Virus record (IMG/VR): IMGVR_UViG_3300049595_004693
Location: 1 to 64,000 of that record
DNA: 64,000 nucleotides
Reading direction: 5' to 3' (one strand)
Source: a virus
The stretch's first letter is position 1, and each line of letters begins with the position of its first letter. A program made the translations under genes and the position numbers. This document shows positions 10,303-19,640 of this stretch, piece by piece. Below the pieces are notes generated by a model that saw only the letters and a list, made by a program, of their open reading frames with translations, was not told where the DNA came from and searched no databases.

Positions 10303-10547
10303 TTTTTACCCTTCCAGAAATCCTCTGGGTTTTCATCTAGAGGTGACTGCAGGGAGCTGAGAATCTGTTTCTGCTTTTCTTCCTCAGCGCTCAGCACACC
10401 TTTATTGATTACTTGAGATTCTTTAATTTCAAGATCCTTTTCTTTAGCTTCTACGTTTTTTAGAAGTCCTTTTGCTCCGATGAACTTCCCGCCAAAGATA
10501 AGGGCCACAATTCCACCAAGCCCTAATAGGATAGTTTCGATACTCAT
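10299..10547 (-). CDS. N-terminal TM protein (i-spanin-like candidate)
   Basis: N-terminal TM helix followed by a charged coiled coil. Confidence 0.4.
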   Translation of the reverse strand: MSIETILLGLGGIVALIFGGKFIGAKGLLKNVEAKEKDLEIKESQVINKGVLSAEEEKQKQILSSLQSPLDENPEDFWKGKK

Positions 10548-10780
10548 TGTTCTAACACCTTAATAGCTTTTTTTATAATTGCGGATAACTTGTCATTTTC
10601 TGAATAGGCGTCGTCAAGTCTCTCTTCAAGGTGCTTGATCTCGTCGTTGAGGGAATTAATGTGGGCTCGTGCCTCCTCCAAGCTATCTTCCATTTTACGC
10701 ATCTCAACGTCCATTTTAATAAGCTCATTCTTTAATACGTCGGGGTCACTAGGATCTACAAACATATCATTCCACTCCAA
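10544..10780 (-). CDS. Coiled-coil hypothetical protein
   Basis: Acidic heptad repeats; overlaps both neighbours. Confidence 0.55.
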   Translation of the reverse strand: MEWNDMFVDPSDPDVLKNELIKMDVEMRKMEDSLEEARAHINSLNDEIKHLEERLDDAYSENDKLSAIIKKAIKVLEQ

Positions 10781-11471
10781 ATGCTGAAAAAATTCCCACT
10801 ACTGGACTAATAATACTCTTATCTGCGTACACCGCAGAATTCACTCCTACCAGTGCGCCAGAAGAGTCTGTCACAGGTCCGCCTGACATGCCAGGAAAAA
10901 GCTGCCCAGTTCCGATGACTTGAAATCCCCACGAAGCCAAAGGAACAAAGGTGACACAATTTTTAGTGCGTGCTCCCATCGGATATCCGCAAGCTTGATA
11001 CTCTTCTGGGTAAGCGACATTGCGAATAGCTAGTTGAGATTGCATTGTGTTTAGCTCTAACTTCTTATGCTTAATCCTAAATTTACGGAAATTAGAAAAG
11101 TCTCCATATATCAAAGCATAGTCTAAGCGATGAACTAGCCCTACCACTTTTACATCACCGTAGTGGGTACTCGTGATATCTGTAACGCTCATGCCCGACT
11201 CCAGGCCAAGTCCAGAGCCGTTTACAACACAGTGGGCCGCCGTTACAGCATAAGCAGCGTCTACCACTGCCGCGGTACACCTAAAGTCTCCTTTGTAGAG
11301 AAGCCTAATGGTAGGGTCATTAGTTTGCGTTTTAAATGCAGTAGCTCCTACTTTGGGCAATCCTCGCGTGATTACCTGAACATCCGGTGGATTTTTAAAG
11401 AGCAGCAAAGCTAATGTAGTAATTTGTACTGCAAGAGCCAATACTACTACAAACTTAAGTAGTCTTAGCAT
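10767..11471 (-). CDS. Membrane-anchored trypsin-like serine protease (S1)
   Basis: TAAHC (His), LDYAL (Asp), GMSGGP (Ser); N-terminal TM. Confidence 0.85.
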   Translation of the reverse strand: MLRLLKFVVVLALAVQITTLALLLFKNPPDVQVITRGLPKVGATAFKTQTNDPTIRLLYKGDFRCTAAVVDAAYAVTAAHCVVNGSGLGLESGMSVTDITSTHYGDVKVVGLVHRLDYALIYGDFSNFRKFRIKHKKLELNTMQSQLAIRNVAYPEEYQACGYPMGARTKNCVTFVPLASWGFQVIGTGQLFPGMSGGPVTDSSGALVGVNSAVYADKSIISPVVGIFSAFGVE

Positions 11472-11706
11472 TTGCGTCTTCGCCTGCGGAGGCCGTCTTG
11501 CCGCCGAAGCTCAAATTACGACGACCGTAATAGAGGGCTGCGCTTGACGCCAAAATTTCAAGGCTCATGCCGCCATTAGCTACCGCGGACGCGGCAACAA
11601 GAATGCTGAGCGTAAATGCCTGAACAAAAGCCAACACCATCATAGTGAAGGTCCACGAAGGCTCTTTAGTTTTCGGGTCAAGTAAAACGAGTTTAGAAAT
11701 GTCCAT
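11455..11706 (-). CDS. Small membrane protein (holin candidate)
   Basis: Two hydrophobic segments and a basic/polar C-terminus. Confidence 0.4.
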   Translation of the reverse strand: MDISKLVLLDPKTKEPSWTFTMMVLAFVQAFTLSILVAASAVANGGMSLEILASSAALYYGRRNLSFGGKTASAGEDANAKTT

Positions 11707-12056
11707 TACTTTTTCCTTTTAATTAGTTTACTAGTTTTTTTCTTCTTTGTCAAGATGCGTTGATTACGCTCCTGTTCCGTCTTCTTAGCGTGATCTTTTT
11801 TACAAAGGATCTGGTAGCCTTCCACGGGACAAAACATACGAGTGATGTAATCATCCCATCCGGTAAATCCCTGAAGTTTTACGACAGGTACAATGTGATC
11901 TATCTGAACGTCTTTGCGGCCAAAGATATTCCCACAGTGAGCGCATTTATACTGATTACGATCTACACGAGCCCGCTTCAACGCCTCGTTTCTAGCGGGG
12001 TATCTATACGAGGCTTTTCTAAGCTGAGAAATCATCCATGATTTAAAATTAAACAT
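11706..12056 (-). CDS. HNH endonuclease
   Basis: CAHC, DHIVP, QILCKKDH. Confidence 0.8.
   Translation of the reverse strand: MFNFKSWMISQLRKASYRYPARNEALKRARVDRNQYKCAHCGNIFGRKDVQIDHIVPVVKLQGFTGWDDYITRMFCPVEGYQILCKKDHAKKTEQERNQRILTKKKKTSKLIKRKK
11725..11753 (-). promoter_or_regulatory. Sigma70-type promoter
   Basis: TTGACA-17-TAAACT. Confidence 0.55.
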
Positions 12057-12057
12057 A

Positions 12058-12348
12058 TTACTTTCGTATGGTTACTCTATGTCCACACTCGTTGCAGGTT
12101 TGAAGCTTTCTAGCTCCTAGATCTACTGTCTGAAGCTCCCCTTTGCTACAAGAAGGACAATTAGAGTTTTTAGAAGGAGGGGTATATTCTTCCTCGAACC
12201 CCGCCTCTTCAGCTATCTCTTCCAGGATGGGCAATCTGTCCTTGCCTTTGGCTAGCTTTCTTACGGCTTTCCTTAGGGCGCGATTTTCATTTTTAAGGCG
12301 TTTATTTTCCCTAATTAATTTAAGAGTGGGGTCGTTATCCTTCGCCAT
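12058..12348 (-). CDS. Zn-ribbon protein
   Basis: CPSC...CNECGH. Confidence 0.6.
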   Translation of the reverse strand: MAKDNDPTLKLIRENKRLKNENRALRKAVRKLAKGKDRLPILEEIAEEAGFEEEYTPPSKNSNCPSCSKGELQTVDLGARKLQTCNECGHRVTIRK

Positions 12349-12790
12349 TAGCTACAGTTCCTCCGGTGGAGCCAAATCCTGATGCTTGTCTTGTAGAGAT
12401 TGAGACTTCCTTAACTTCCTCTATTTCCATTTTATAAACAGGAACTAATACCGCTTGGGCAATACGATCGCCTCTTTGAATCGTAACGGTGTTGGAGCCC
12501 ACATTGTCTAGAATTACTTTAACCTCTCCGCGATATCCACTATCCACCGTACCGGGAGAATTGGCAACTCTAATTTTAGTTTTAGCTGACATTCCTGATC
12601 TAGGTCGCACTTGTATCTCTGTGCCTTCCGGTATTTCAAATGAAAGACCTGTACCAACAAGAGCGGTTCGCCCAGGGTAGATAATTACTTCTTCTATGGA
12701 ATGAAGATCTACTCCACTATCTCCAGGATGCGCGTACTTTGGGATGATAGCTAACTCATTAAGTTTTTTTATTTTCACTTGCATTTTCAA
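12335..12790 (-). CDS. dut: Trimeric dUTPase
   Basis: DSGVDL, RSG, GTVDSGYRGE, RIAQ and GFGSTG motifs. Confidence 0.95.
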   Translation of the reverse strand: MKMQVKIKKLNELAIIPKYAHPGDSGVDLHSIEEVIIYPGRTALVGTGLSFEIPEGTEIQVRPRSGMSAKTKIRVANSPGTVDSGYRGEVKVILDNVGSNTVTIQRGDRIAQAVLVPVYKMEIEEVKEVSISTRQASGFGSTGGTVANGEG

Positions 12791-13088
12791 TATACCTTGT
12801 ATCTGTAAGTCTACCGTGTTTATTTAGATCAATCATAAACATTAGATTAGCGGCGGCGTGCGCCAGATGAGATAATCCTGACTCTTCGTCAACATCCTCT
12901 CCTGAATTGTACTTGTTTAGGTGGCGTAAGGTAGCTGAAATAAGTCGATGACTTTCAAATCCCCTTTTCCAATTCCATCTGCCATATTTTTTTGCTCCAA
13001 ACATAAGCACTTGTGAAAGCTCATTAAGAAATGCGGAAGATACGAGGTCAAGCTCTGGCTTACCGCCGTCGTGTTTTACACCGCTCAC
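12759..13088 (-). CDS. dATP/dGTP diphosphohydrolase-like protein (DUF5664-type)
   Basis: GVKHDGGKP, GAKKYGRWNW, DEESGLSHLAHAAAN. Confidence 0.8.
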   Translation of the reverse strand: MSGVKHDGGKPELDLVSSAFLNELSQVLMFGAKKYGRWNWKRGFESHRLISATLRHLNKYNSGEDVDEESGLSHLAHAAANLMFMIDLNKHGRLTDTRYIENASENKKT

Positions 13089-13408
13089 AGTCGCGCTAGC
13101 TCCTTATATAGTTTTTTAGAGAGGGTCAAAATTTCTTCGCCTTTATGGCCGAATAGCTCAGCGAATATTTCTTCTGTTTGAAGTACTGATAAATTAGAGG
13201 AATCAATGTACTGATATGAGAAATAAGCGTGTACTAGCTCATGAACTACTACGTGCCTTGATAAGTCTTCGTCGTTAAATACTATTTTTTTGTCTTCGAT
13301 GATAGTGATGGCTTCGCAGTCGTCGCCGTGCATTCTCATGAATTTATCATGAGAAAAGAGGTATGCTTTCCAAGTATCCCCATAAACCTTAAAGGATATA
13401 GGCTTCAT
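13085..13408 (-). CDS. Small HExxH metallopeptidase-like protein
   Basis: HELVH plus downstream EE. Confidence 0.55.
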   Translation of the reverse strand: MKPISFKVYGDTWKAYLFSHDKFMRMHGDDCEAITIIEDKKIVFNDEDLSRHVVVHELVHAYFSYQYIDSSNLSVLQTEEIFAELFGHKGEEILTLSKKLYKELARL

Positions 13409-13414
13409 TATTTT

Positions 13415-13443
13415 ATTATACCTCAGATTGAGACGTTTGTAAA
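13415..13443 (-). promoter_or_regulatory. Sigma70-type promoter, leaderless
   Basis: TTTACA-17-TATAAT, then 6 nt, then ATG. Confidence 0.65.
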
Positions 13444-14217
13444 CTAGGAACGCAGAGCTTTTTTCTTTTCGGGGGAGAGTATGTTGATTTTAGACGATAC
13501 CCATGCGCCACAAGAGGTACATTGAAATCTTTGAAACTTGCCTGTATTCGTGTAGTTATAACCACGTTTCTGAAGCTTGGCGCTTCCACAAGCGCACTTG
13601 TTGTTTAGGTCTTCGGAGTATACATTGAAGTTGATAGATTGTGTCCAGGGAGCTAGACAGTTATACAGCTCCTCGGTGGCTAGCACATCGTACATATTGT
13701 ACTTTTGCATTTCTTTCCAGGCAGACTTATTTCCAGAAAGGACTTGTTTCCACATTTCAAAGCCCGAGAACTTTTCGTGTTTAAGCTTTTTGTATTTCTT
13801 ATTAATTTTATCCGTCATGTACTCTAGTTTGTGGCTAGTGAATGCGGCTACTTTACGAGACATTCTAAGAGTGTCGGCTTGACGGAATGGGGAATAGGGC
13901 TTGATGCCGTGAATGATTAGTCGAGCATTAATTTTCTTTATGTCAAAAGAAGTTGAGTTTTGTCCAATTACTATGTCGGCGGAATCCAATAATTCCCATA
14001 ACTTAAGCAAGATCTCTTTGTCGTTACTAATGTCTTTAGTCTTACTTTGATCGGCATGCATCACCTTACTTTCGTGAGCCCACTTAGCGGCCCAAGAAAG
14101 AATAAACCAATCTTCTTTAATTTGACCAAGCCCTACATTTTGATCTATTAATCCCCAAGTGTATGAAACAAGTGGACTAGTCTCGATATCTAAAAAAAGT
14201 ATTTTGGGCGATTTCAC
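13444..14217 (-). CDS. RNase H-fold (DEDD) exonuclease with C-terminal Zn ribbon
   Basis: LDIET, QNSTSFD, YNMYDV; CACG...CTSCG. Confidence 0.8.
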   Translation of the reverse strand: MKSPKILFLDIETSPLVSYTWGLIDQNVGLGQIKEDWFILSWAAKWAHESKVMHADQSKTKDISNDKEILLKLWELLDSADIVIGQNSTSFDIKKINARLIIHGIKPYSPFRQADTLRMSRKVAAFTSHKLEYMTDKINKKYKKLKHEKFSGFEMWKQVLSGNKSAWKEMQKYNMYDVLATEELYNCLAPWTQSINFNVYSEDLNNKCACGSAKLQKRGYNYTNTGKFQRFQCTSCGAWVSSKINILSPEKKKALRS

Positions 14218-14438
14218 TTAACTCTCCCTTTATCCTTCAAAACCAGCTCGTAATGTTCTTGGTGCATTTTAATTACGTGGTTGCTCATTTCTAGATGGTT
14301 TAGGAGTTTACGAACTTCTTTGTATTTACGCCATTTGTACAAAATGGCCTCGACTTTTTTAAAGTCATCTTGGATCTCTGCTAGATCTTTTTTGAACACT
14401 TTGGCGAATTTGTATTCTTTAATATCAAAAAGCTTCAT
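14214..14438 (-). CDS. Hypothetical protein
   Basis: 4-nt overlaps with both neighbours. Confidence 0.55.
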   Translation of the reverse strand: MKLFDIKEYKFAKVFKKDLAEIQDDFKKVEAILYKWRKYKEVRKLLNHLEMSNHVIKMHQEHYELVLKDKGRVK

Positions 14439-14641
14439 GATGAGCCGTCAAATTTACGATGGCGTCCGCGAACAGGGGTGGATGCATTATTGTCTCCTTT
14501 GATCTCGTAGAGTCCAATAAATCCTGGGATTTTCTTTACATCCTCAGATCCACATTCCTTACAGATAGCAGACTCTTCTTTGTAAATGAAGGCTTCGAAG
14601 GTAGCGTTACATTGATTACAAATAAAATCAAAACACGGCAT
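14435..14641 (-). CDS. FmdB-family Zn-ribbon protein
   Basis: MP-x-F-x-F-x-CxxC...FE...CxxCGS. Confidence 0.75.
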   Translation of the reverse strand: MPCFDFICNQCNATFEAFIYKEESAICKECGSEDVKKIPGFIGLYEIKGDNNASTPVRGRHRKFDGSS

Positions 14642-14647
14642 AACTAT

Positions 14648-14676
14648 ATATTAACCTGTTAAGTATAAATTGTCAA
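14648..14676 (-). promoter_or_regulatory. Sigma70-type promoter, leaderless
   Basis: TTGACA-17-TAATAT, then 6 nt, then ATG. Confidence 0.6.
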
Positions 14677-16911
14677 TTATTTGGCCTCAGCCCAATTATC
14701 CGCTATCAGCGGATCAGTGGACAAAGGCACCTCAATGAGAGTGGTATTCTCCATACAATACTTAATAATATCAGCGGCTTCTTGAGCCTGATCTTCTCGT
14801 ACAATGGTGGTTATTTCGTCGTGTACTTGAGCACAAATGTAACCGTCAATGCCTCGCTCTGTAAACGTGTCTGCGATGGCGATAGAAGCTCTATTGACGA
14901 TGTGAGCCGCCAGCGATTGAATAGGATGATTACATGCTAGATTTAAATTAGACTTAAATGCTCTACGAATGTCCATAAGTCCATTCTGTCTAGCGTATTT
15001 ATGATCTAGTATTTTATCTCCATATTTCTTATAGATCCCCATGCACGACTCTAGGTGTCTGACTCGGCCGAATCTAGATATCGCACGACCATACTTCTTA
15101 GCTTGCCAATGGCACTCACGAATATACTTCATAAGTCCCGGGTAGGCTGTGAAATACTTATCTAAAATGTCCTGAGCCTCTTCAGGGGAGATGTCTAGAA
15201 TCTGAGCAATGCGGAATGCTTCGGCTCCATACACCGCCGCAAGCGCCACTACTTTATAAACTTGTCTAAGCTCAGGCCGTTTGTTCTTTAAGTAATTAGG
15301 TGACTTCTTGTCAGCGGAAAACTCTTTTTCTAAGTTATTGGATCTAATAGCGATTGCAGAATATAAATCTTGTTTTTTCTTAAAGATGTCTTGAAGGTCG
15401 GCGTCTCCACAGGCTGAAGCGAATCCGCACGGTTCTAGCTGCGAATAGTCAGCATTTACAATTTTGTATCCTTTTGGGGCTACAAAGCCTCGTTTGATCT
15501 CGTTGGTATACTTTAAAACTAGAGGTGATAGGTTAGAATCCTCATCTTTGACTCGTGGTTGATTTTGAAGGTTTGGTCCTGTGCAGCTATATCTCCCAGA
15601 GGTGGTTCCGAATTGTAGCCAGCCTGGGTATAGTATGCCATCAACTTGTCGGCTCAAAATTCCATCAACATATGTGCTTAGTAGTTTGTTGAGCTTCTTG
15701 TAATCTATGATAGTGTCAGCAATTGGGTGTTGGCCCGACAGCTCCTCTAGAACGTCAGCCGACAGTTTGGGCTCACCTGTTTCGGTAAACTCCGTAGGTT
15801 TAACCCCAAGCTTGGTAAAGAATAAATAGCGTAGATGATTATTAGATCCTAGATTGAATACATATTTACTATTTGGATATTTCTTATCCCAAAGAACTCG
15901 TCGTGCTTTGTCTTCATACTCAAGCACTATGGGATCGTTGTGCATTTCTACCTTTGTCCACTCAAGCCATAAAGAAGCGCCATTTTCAATGGCCCACTTT
16001 TCAATCTTATTTTTGGACAAGCTTTCTGGCTCCTGGCCACACATGACTAGTGCCATAGCTTTAGGAAAGTTTCCTTTTTTCTTTGATGGAAATTCTTCTA
16101 AAAGTAAATTGTCTGTGTATTCTTTAACTAAAGGCATTATCTCTTGCTGAATGTTATCTTCTAGTTTTGCGATCTGAAATTCAATCTCCTGTTTGAGATT
16201 TGAGAAGTGGTCTACGTTGACAGGAAATCCTCGTTGCTTCATGGGAATGGTGACTTTACGATAAAGCTCCATTGTCTCTTGAAGGAATAACTCCCACATT
16301 CCCTCAGATTTAATCTTAGCTTCAAATTTATGCCACAGAATTAGAGACAAGCAGCAATCGTGTACACAATACTTTCCAAGCACTTCGGTATCGGCCTTAA
16401 ACATTTCAATAACGTCTTCTGTAACCTTACCTCCATTTTGTCGAATATTGGCATAAAGCTCCTGTTGAGCCGCATCAGAGCCTTCGCCTAAATATTTGAC
16501 AGCCACTTCTTTTAGTCCGTGTGGGCGCTCCTCATCGGAAAGTGCTTTAGCAAGAATACCGTCAGCCCATAAGTGTTTAGTGAGATCTGGAAATCCATTA
16601 TTAATAAATACGTTGATATCGTATGAGATATTCCAGCCAATCAACTGTCTGCCAGCGCAAAGCTTTTTAATAGCTTCCTTAAGCGCCTCTAGTTGCTGTT
16701 CGCTCCAAACAAGCGACCCATCCTTGCGACGAATTGGAATATAGAATCCCTCGTGCTCTTCTAGAGCAATTCCGATTCCATATAGTTTAGCCAACTTTTC
16801 GTTAGAGCTATCCGTTTCAGCATCAATACAAATTTCTTTCAATGGCTGCTCCTTGGCCCACGAAAGAAAATCAATAATTTTATCTCTAGAATCAATTATA
16901 AAATAATTCAA
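14677..16911 (-). CDS. polA: Family A DNA polymerase with 3'-5' exonuclease
   Basis: Exo motifs DAET, NISYD, YCVHD; TTSGRYS..PNLQN, DYSQLE, K..AL..VYG, QVHDE; likely TTG start at 16911 overlapping the upstream TGA. Confidence 0.95.
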   Translation of the reverse strand: MNYFIIDSRDKIIDFLSWAKEQPLKEICIDAETDSSNEKLAKLYGIGIALEEHEGFYIPIRRKDGSLVWSEQQLEALKEAIKKLCAGRQLIGWNISYDINVFINNGFPDLTKHLWADGILAKALSDEERPHGLKEVAVKYLGEGSDAAQQELYANIRQNGGKVTEDVIEMFKADTEVLGKYCVHDCCLSLILWHKFEAKIKSEGMWELFLQETMELYRKVTIPMKQRGFPVNVDHFSNLKQEIEFQIAKLEDNIQQEIMPLVKEYTDNLLLEEFPSKKKGNFPKAMALVMCGQEPESLSKNKIEKWAIENGASLWLEWTKVEMHNDPIVLEYEDKARRVLWDKKYPNSKYVFNLGSNNHLRYLFFTKLGVKPTEFTETGEPKLSADVLEELSGQHPIADTIIDYKKLNKLLSTYVDGILSRQVDGILYPGWLQFGTTSGRYSCTGPNLQNQPRVKDEDSNLSPLVLKYTNEIKRGFVAPKGYKIVNADYSQLEPCGFASACGDADLQDIFKKKQDLYSAIAIRSNNLEKEFSADKKSPNYLKNKRPELRQVYKVVALAAVYGAEAFRIAQILDISPEEAQDILDKYFTAYPGLMKYIRECHWQAKKYGRAISRFGRVRHLESCMGIYKKYGDKILDHKYARQNGLMDIRRAFKSNLNLACNHPIQSLAAHIVNRASIAIADTFTERGIDGYICAQVHDEITTIVREDQAQEAADIIKYCMENTTLIEVPLSTDPLIADNWAEAK

Positions 16912-17261
16912 GGAGAATACCACGGAAAGCTCATTTGTTTTGCATCGAGCACTTCTTTTAGAGCATCGTCCCAAGATTTACCACAATCGATTAAATCTTG
17001 GATTTCTATGGCCTCCTCGAAATTAAAAGTAGGGTAGTTATTAGGAGATTTTGTCCAATAGTGAGTTTTAAAAAAAGTTAGTTTTATCCAACCATTATTA
17101 AGTAATCGTTTTTTTTGTTCATCTTCAGAAAGATGAGAAGAGCCGTCCTTGGCTTTCAGAGCATTAGCTACAATTTCTTCCTTGCAAGTACGACAATAGT
17201 GATATGAAAAGCTAGTAAATTGTTTGAGTTCTCCTAGCGTATGGCACTTAGGGCAGATCAT
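16908..17261 (-). CDS. Zn-finger hypothetical protein
   Basis: CPKC...CRTC. Confidence 0.55.
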   Translation of the reverse strand: MICPKCHTLGELKQFTSFSYHYCRTCKEEIVANALKAKDGSSHLSEDEQKKRLLNNGWIKLTFFKTHYWTKSPNNYPTFNFEEAIEIQDLIDCGKSWDDALKEVLDAKQMSFPWYSP

Positions 17262-17539
17262 CAGTTAAACTCCGAAGGATCGGGCGACTCCTCCGCGGTT
17301 AAGTCGATGGGAGATACAATGTCGCTATCTACGATCGTGACTATGTATTTTTTTGCAATAATGTTGGAAATATGTTCCGGGCTCTGGCCCAAATAAATAA
17401 ACTCATCGTCCTCTTCTAAAAGAATTCCTTCATAGACCATGCTGTGTTTAATCAAACCTTCTTGCGTAGGTATTTGATTAACGCCAGTGGTGAACACTGT
17501 TACATGAGATCCCGCAAGCGATTCTAAAATCTTAGACAT
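17261..17539 (-). CDS. Hypothetical protein (possible Sm/SH3-like fold)
   Basis: YEGILLEEDDEFIYL beta pattern. Confidence 0.5.
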   Translation of the reverse strand: MSKILESLAGSHVTVFTTGVNQIPTQEGLIKHSMVYEGILLEEDDEFIYLGQSPEHISNIIAKKYIVTIVDSDIVSPIDLTAEESPDPSEFN

Positions 17540-17540
17540 A

Positions 17541-17636
17541 TTAAAATACCGCCTTAGTGAATTCAGCGATTACCCATCCTAAGGAATACCCAATAAGTCC
17601 TAAAAGGATAAAAAAGCCCACTAGATGTCTATTCAT
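17541..17636 (-). CDS. 31-aa single-TM peptide
   Basis: MNRHLVGFFILLGLIGYSLGWVIAEFTKAVF; TAATG-coupled to the helicase stop. Confidence 0.45.
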   Translation of the reverse strand: MNRHLVGFFILLGLIGYSLGWVIAEFTKAVF

Positions 17637-19552
17637 TACCACTCACCCTTCTTTTTAGTTTCCTCTTTAACTTGCCTAATCTGAGCTAACTCGGCCTCTC
17701 CTTCGTTGTCGATATCCCAAACTTGCCCCTTAAGTCCATCCCAATACATATCCACAGCGAAGAGAGGACCATTGCGATTTTTAAGTGCGTTGATACTCAA
17801 ATATCTATCTTGCTCTGGTTTCCTAGGATTGAATCCCGGTCTAGATAAGCTTAGCATAAGTGTGAGCGATTGCGCAATAGAACCTGAACCTTTAGCTGCT
17901 TGGTACGTAGTAGCTTCTTCCGCAGGGTTAGAATAAAGCTTAGAAGGTTGTAGCAACGTGACTACACACACTGACAAATCATTGGCAATCTGCCTAAGGC
18001 GTTGCGCCACTTGTGCCGAAGCTTGAGTGGGGTCGCTGGCTCCAGAAATAACAAGCTCGTTATAGTCAATGATAATGAGCTTGATTTTTTCGCCCGTCTT
18101 TTCTTGAGTGTCTACGATGGTTTGTTGAATATCGTCCGGAGTGATTCCAGACTTAAAGCAGAAGTTGACCTTCTCGTATTCCCTTCGAATAAGCTCATGG
18201 AACTGCTTTGATTTCACTGGATCATTTCGAAACACTTTGAAGATGTCTTCTTGAGGCAGTCCTGTGTGGCGCTGCAGCAAGCGAAGATAGATCATCGAAT
18301 GATACACGTCCAAAGAATAGAAGATGCTAGGAATGCCTTGCTTAGAGTTGTGGTTAAGAATCCCCAAGCTTACCGAGGTCTTACCGACACCTGGAGGAGC
18401 AAGAATACCGTTTGAAGTGCCCACCATGAATTTCACTCGCTCGTCTAGAGCAGCGATGCCTGAGGTGAGCGCATTCTTATCGTAATTCTGCGTGTAGTCT
18501 TGGAATAGAGAAAACACCTGATCAGTAGTAACCACCGAGTTGTTGGCTACTGCAGCGCACTTGTGTGGTCCTAGGGCGTCGCAGATTGATGTGAGCCACG
18601 GACTTTTGCCATCTTTGCAGCTATAAGTGCCGCCATTCCAGTTAGGGCTATATACCGCTTCGGCGGCTTTCCAGATGGACTCTTTAGGATACTCTTCTGC
18701 TCCTGTTCTATCAGTGGAAGCCTTCACTGCGGACTTAGCCATATAGTAGGCTGTAACTTGAGGATAGTTCAGTCCTCGTGCGGTAGCTAGAATTGCCATG
18801 ACGGCTTGGTTGCGAATACCATCATTGAAGTTGCCTGAGAGTAGCGAGTATTTACAATTTGACCAGCCTTTAGGAGCACGAGAAAAATCCATAGGATTAA
18901 GCTCAGCTACCTCATACTTTGGCTTTTCTACGGAGTTTACGGCCACGATACCAAGATCCACTTTTTGAAACTTAGGTACTTCTTCGTACGCTTCTTTACC
19001 AATAGCTGCAACTTCTTTAATAGCACTTACAGCCATGCCGCTAAGATCGATAAACTTTAGTGGGATTTTAAATGCCTTGGTCTCTGGATGACGAGTAAAA
19101 GGAACCCGAATAATTCTAGAGGGGTTGCCAATGACACGGTCATTGCTAACCAATCCTTCGGCTAGCTTTGACGTGGTGGCTCTAAATTGATCTACGGTGA
19201 TAAGCTTGTCTCCCGACAGAGCCACCGTAAATCCTTTCTTACCACTAAAATAAATTTGAATCGCTTCTTGAGAAATTCCCTTAGCGATAAGACGCTTAAC
19301 GAGTTCTACGGCGTCTTTTTTAGAAACTTCCAAATCTTTGGAGTCGAAGTCCCACACCAAGTTATTAGTAACGACTTGAGTGATGCCGGAGATAGTGCCT
19401 TTACGCTCAAACTCTTGCTTTTGATCTTCATTATAAAGATAGAGCGATCGGTAATAATCTACATCTTTTCTAATGTGATTATCTAGCTCATCTGTATATG
19501 GGATGAGCTTGCCCTTATCAGATAGTGTTTCACAGAGACGATAGTAAAGCAT
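17636..19552 (-). CDS. Primase (AEP/primpol-like) fused to DnaB-like helicase
   Basis: N-terminal WDFD and SGKKGF; C-terminal Walker A APPGVGKT, IIIDY, GSGSIAQ, KNRNG. Confidence 0.88.
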   Translation of the reverse strand: MLYYRLCETLSDKGKLIPYTDELDNHIRKDVDYYRSLYLYNEDQKQEFERKGTISGITQVVTNNLVWDFDSKDLEVSKKDAVELVKRLIAKGISQEAIQIYFSGKKGFTVALSGDKLITVDQFRATTSKLAEGLVSNDRVIGNPSRIIRVPFTRHPETKAFKIPLKFIDLSGMAVSAIKEVAAIGKEAYEEVPKFQKVDLGIVAVNSVEKPKYEVAELNPMDFSRAPKGWSNCKYSLLSGNFNDGIRNQAVMAILATARGLNYPQVTAYYMAKSAVKASTDRTGAEEYPKESIWKAAEAVYSPNWNGGTYSCKDGKSPWLTSICDALGPHKCAAVANNSVVTTDQVFSLFQDYTQNYDKNALTSGIAALDERVKFMVGTSNGILAPPGVGKTSVSLGILNHNSKQGIPSIFYSLDVYHSMIYLRLLQRHTGLPQEDIFKVFRNDPVKSKQFHELIRREYEKVNFCFKSGITPDDIQQTIVDTQEKTGEKIKLIIIDYNELVISGASDPTQASAQVAQRLRQIANDLSVCVVTLLQPSKLYSNPAEEATTYQAAKGSGSIAQSLTLMLSLSRPGFNPRKPEQDRYLSINALKNRNGPLFAVDMYWDGLKGQVWDIDNEGEAELAQIRQVKEETKKKGEW

Positions 19553-19640
19553 GAGGTTCCTTTGGTTGAAATAGGAGCCTTCCGTGGCTCGTGATGTTGG
19601 ATGGCTGGAACAACAGCTTCATGCTGTGCTTTGGGGGAAA

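Noticed and set aside
12759-16911. Z-base or other base-substitution system
   Set aside because: No PurZ, deazaguanine or hydroxymethylase genes recognised in the window
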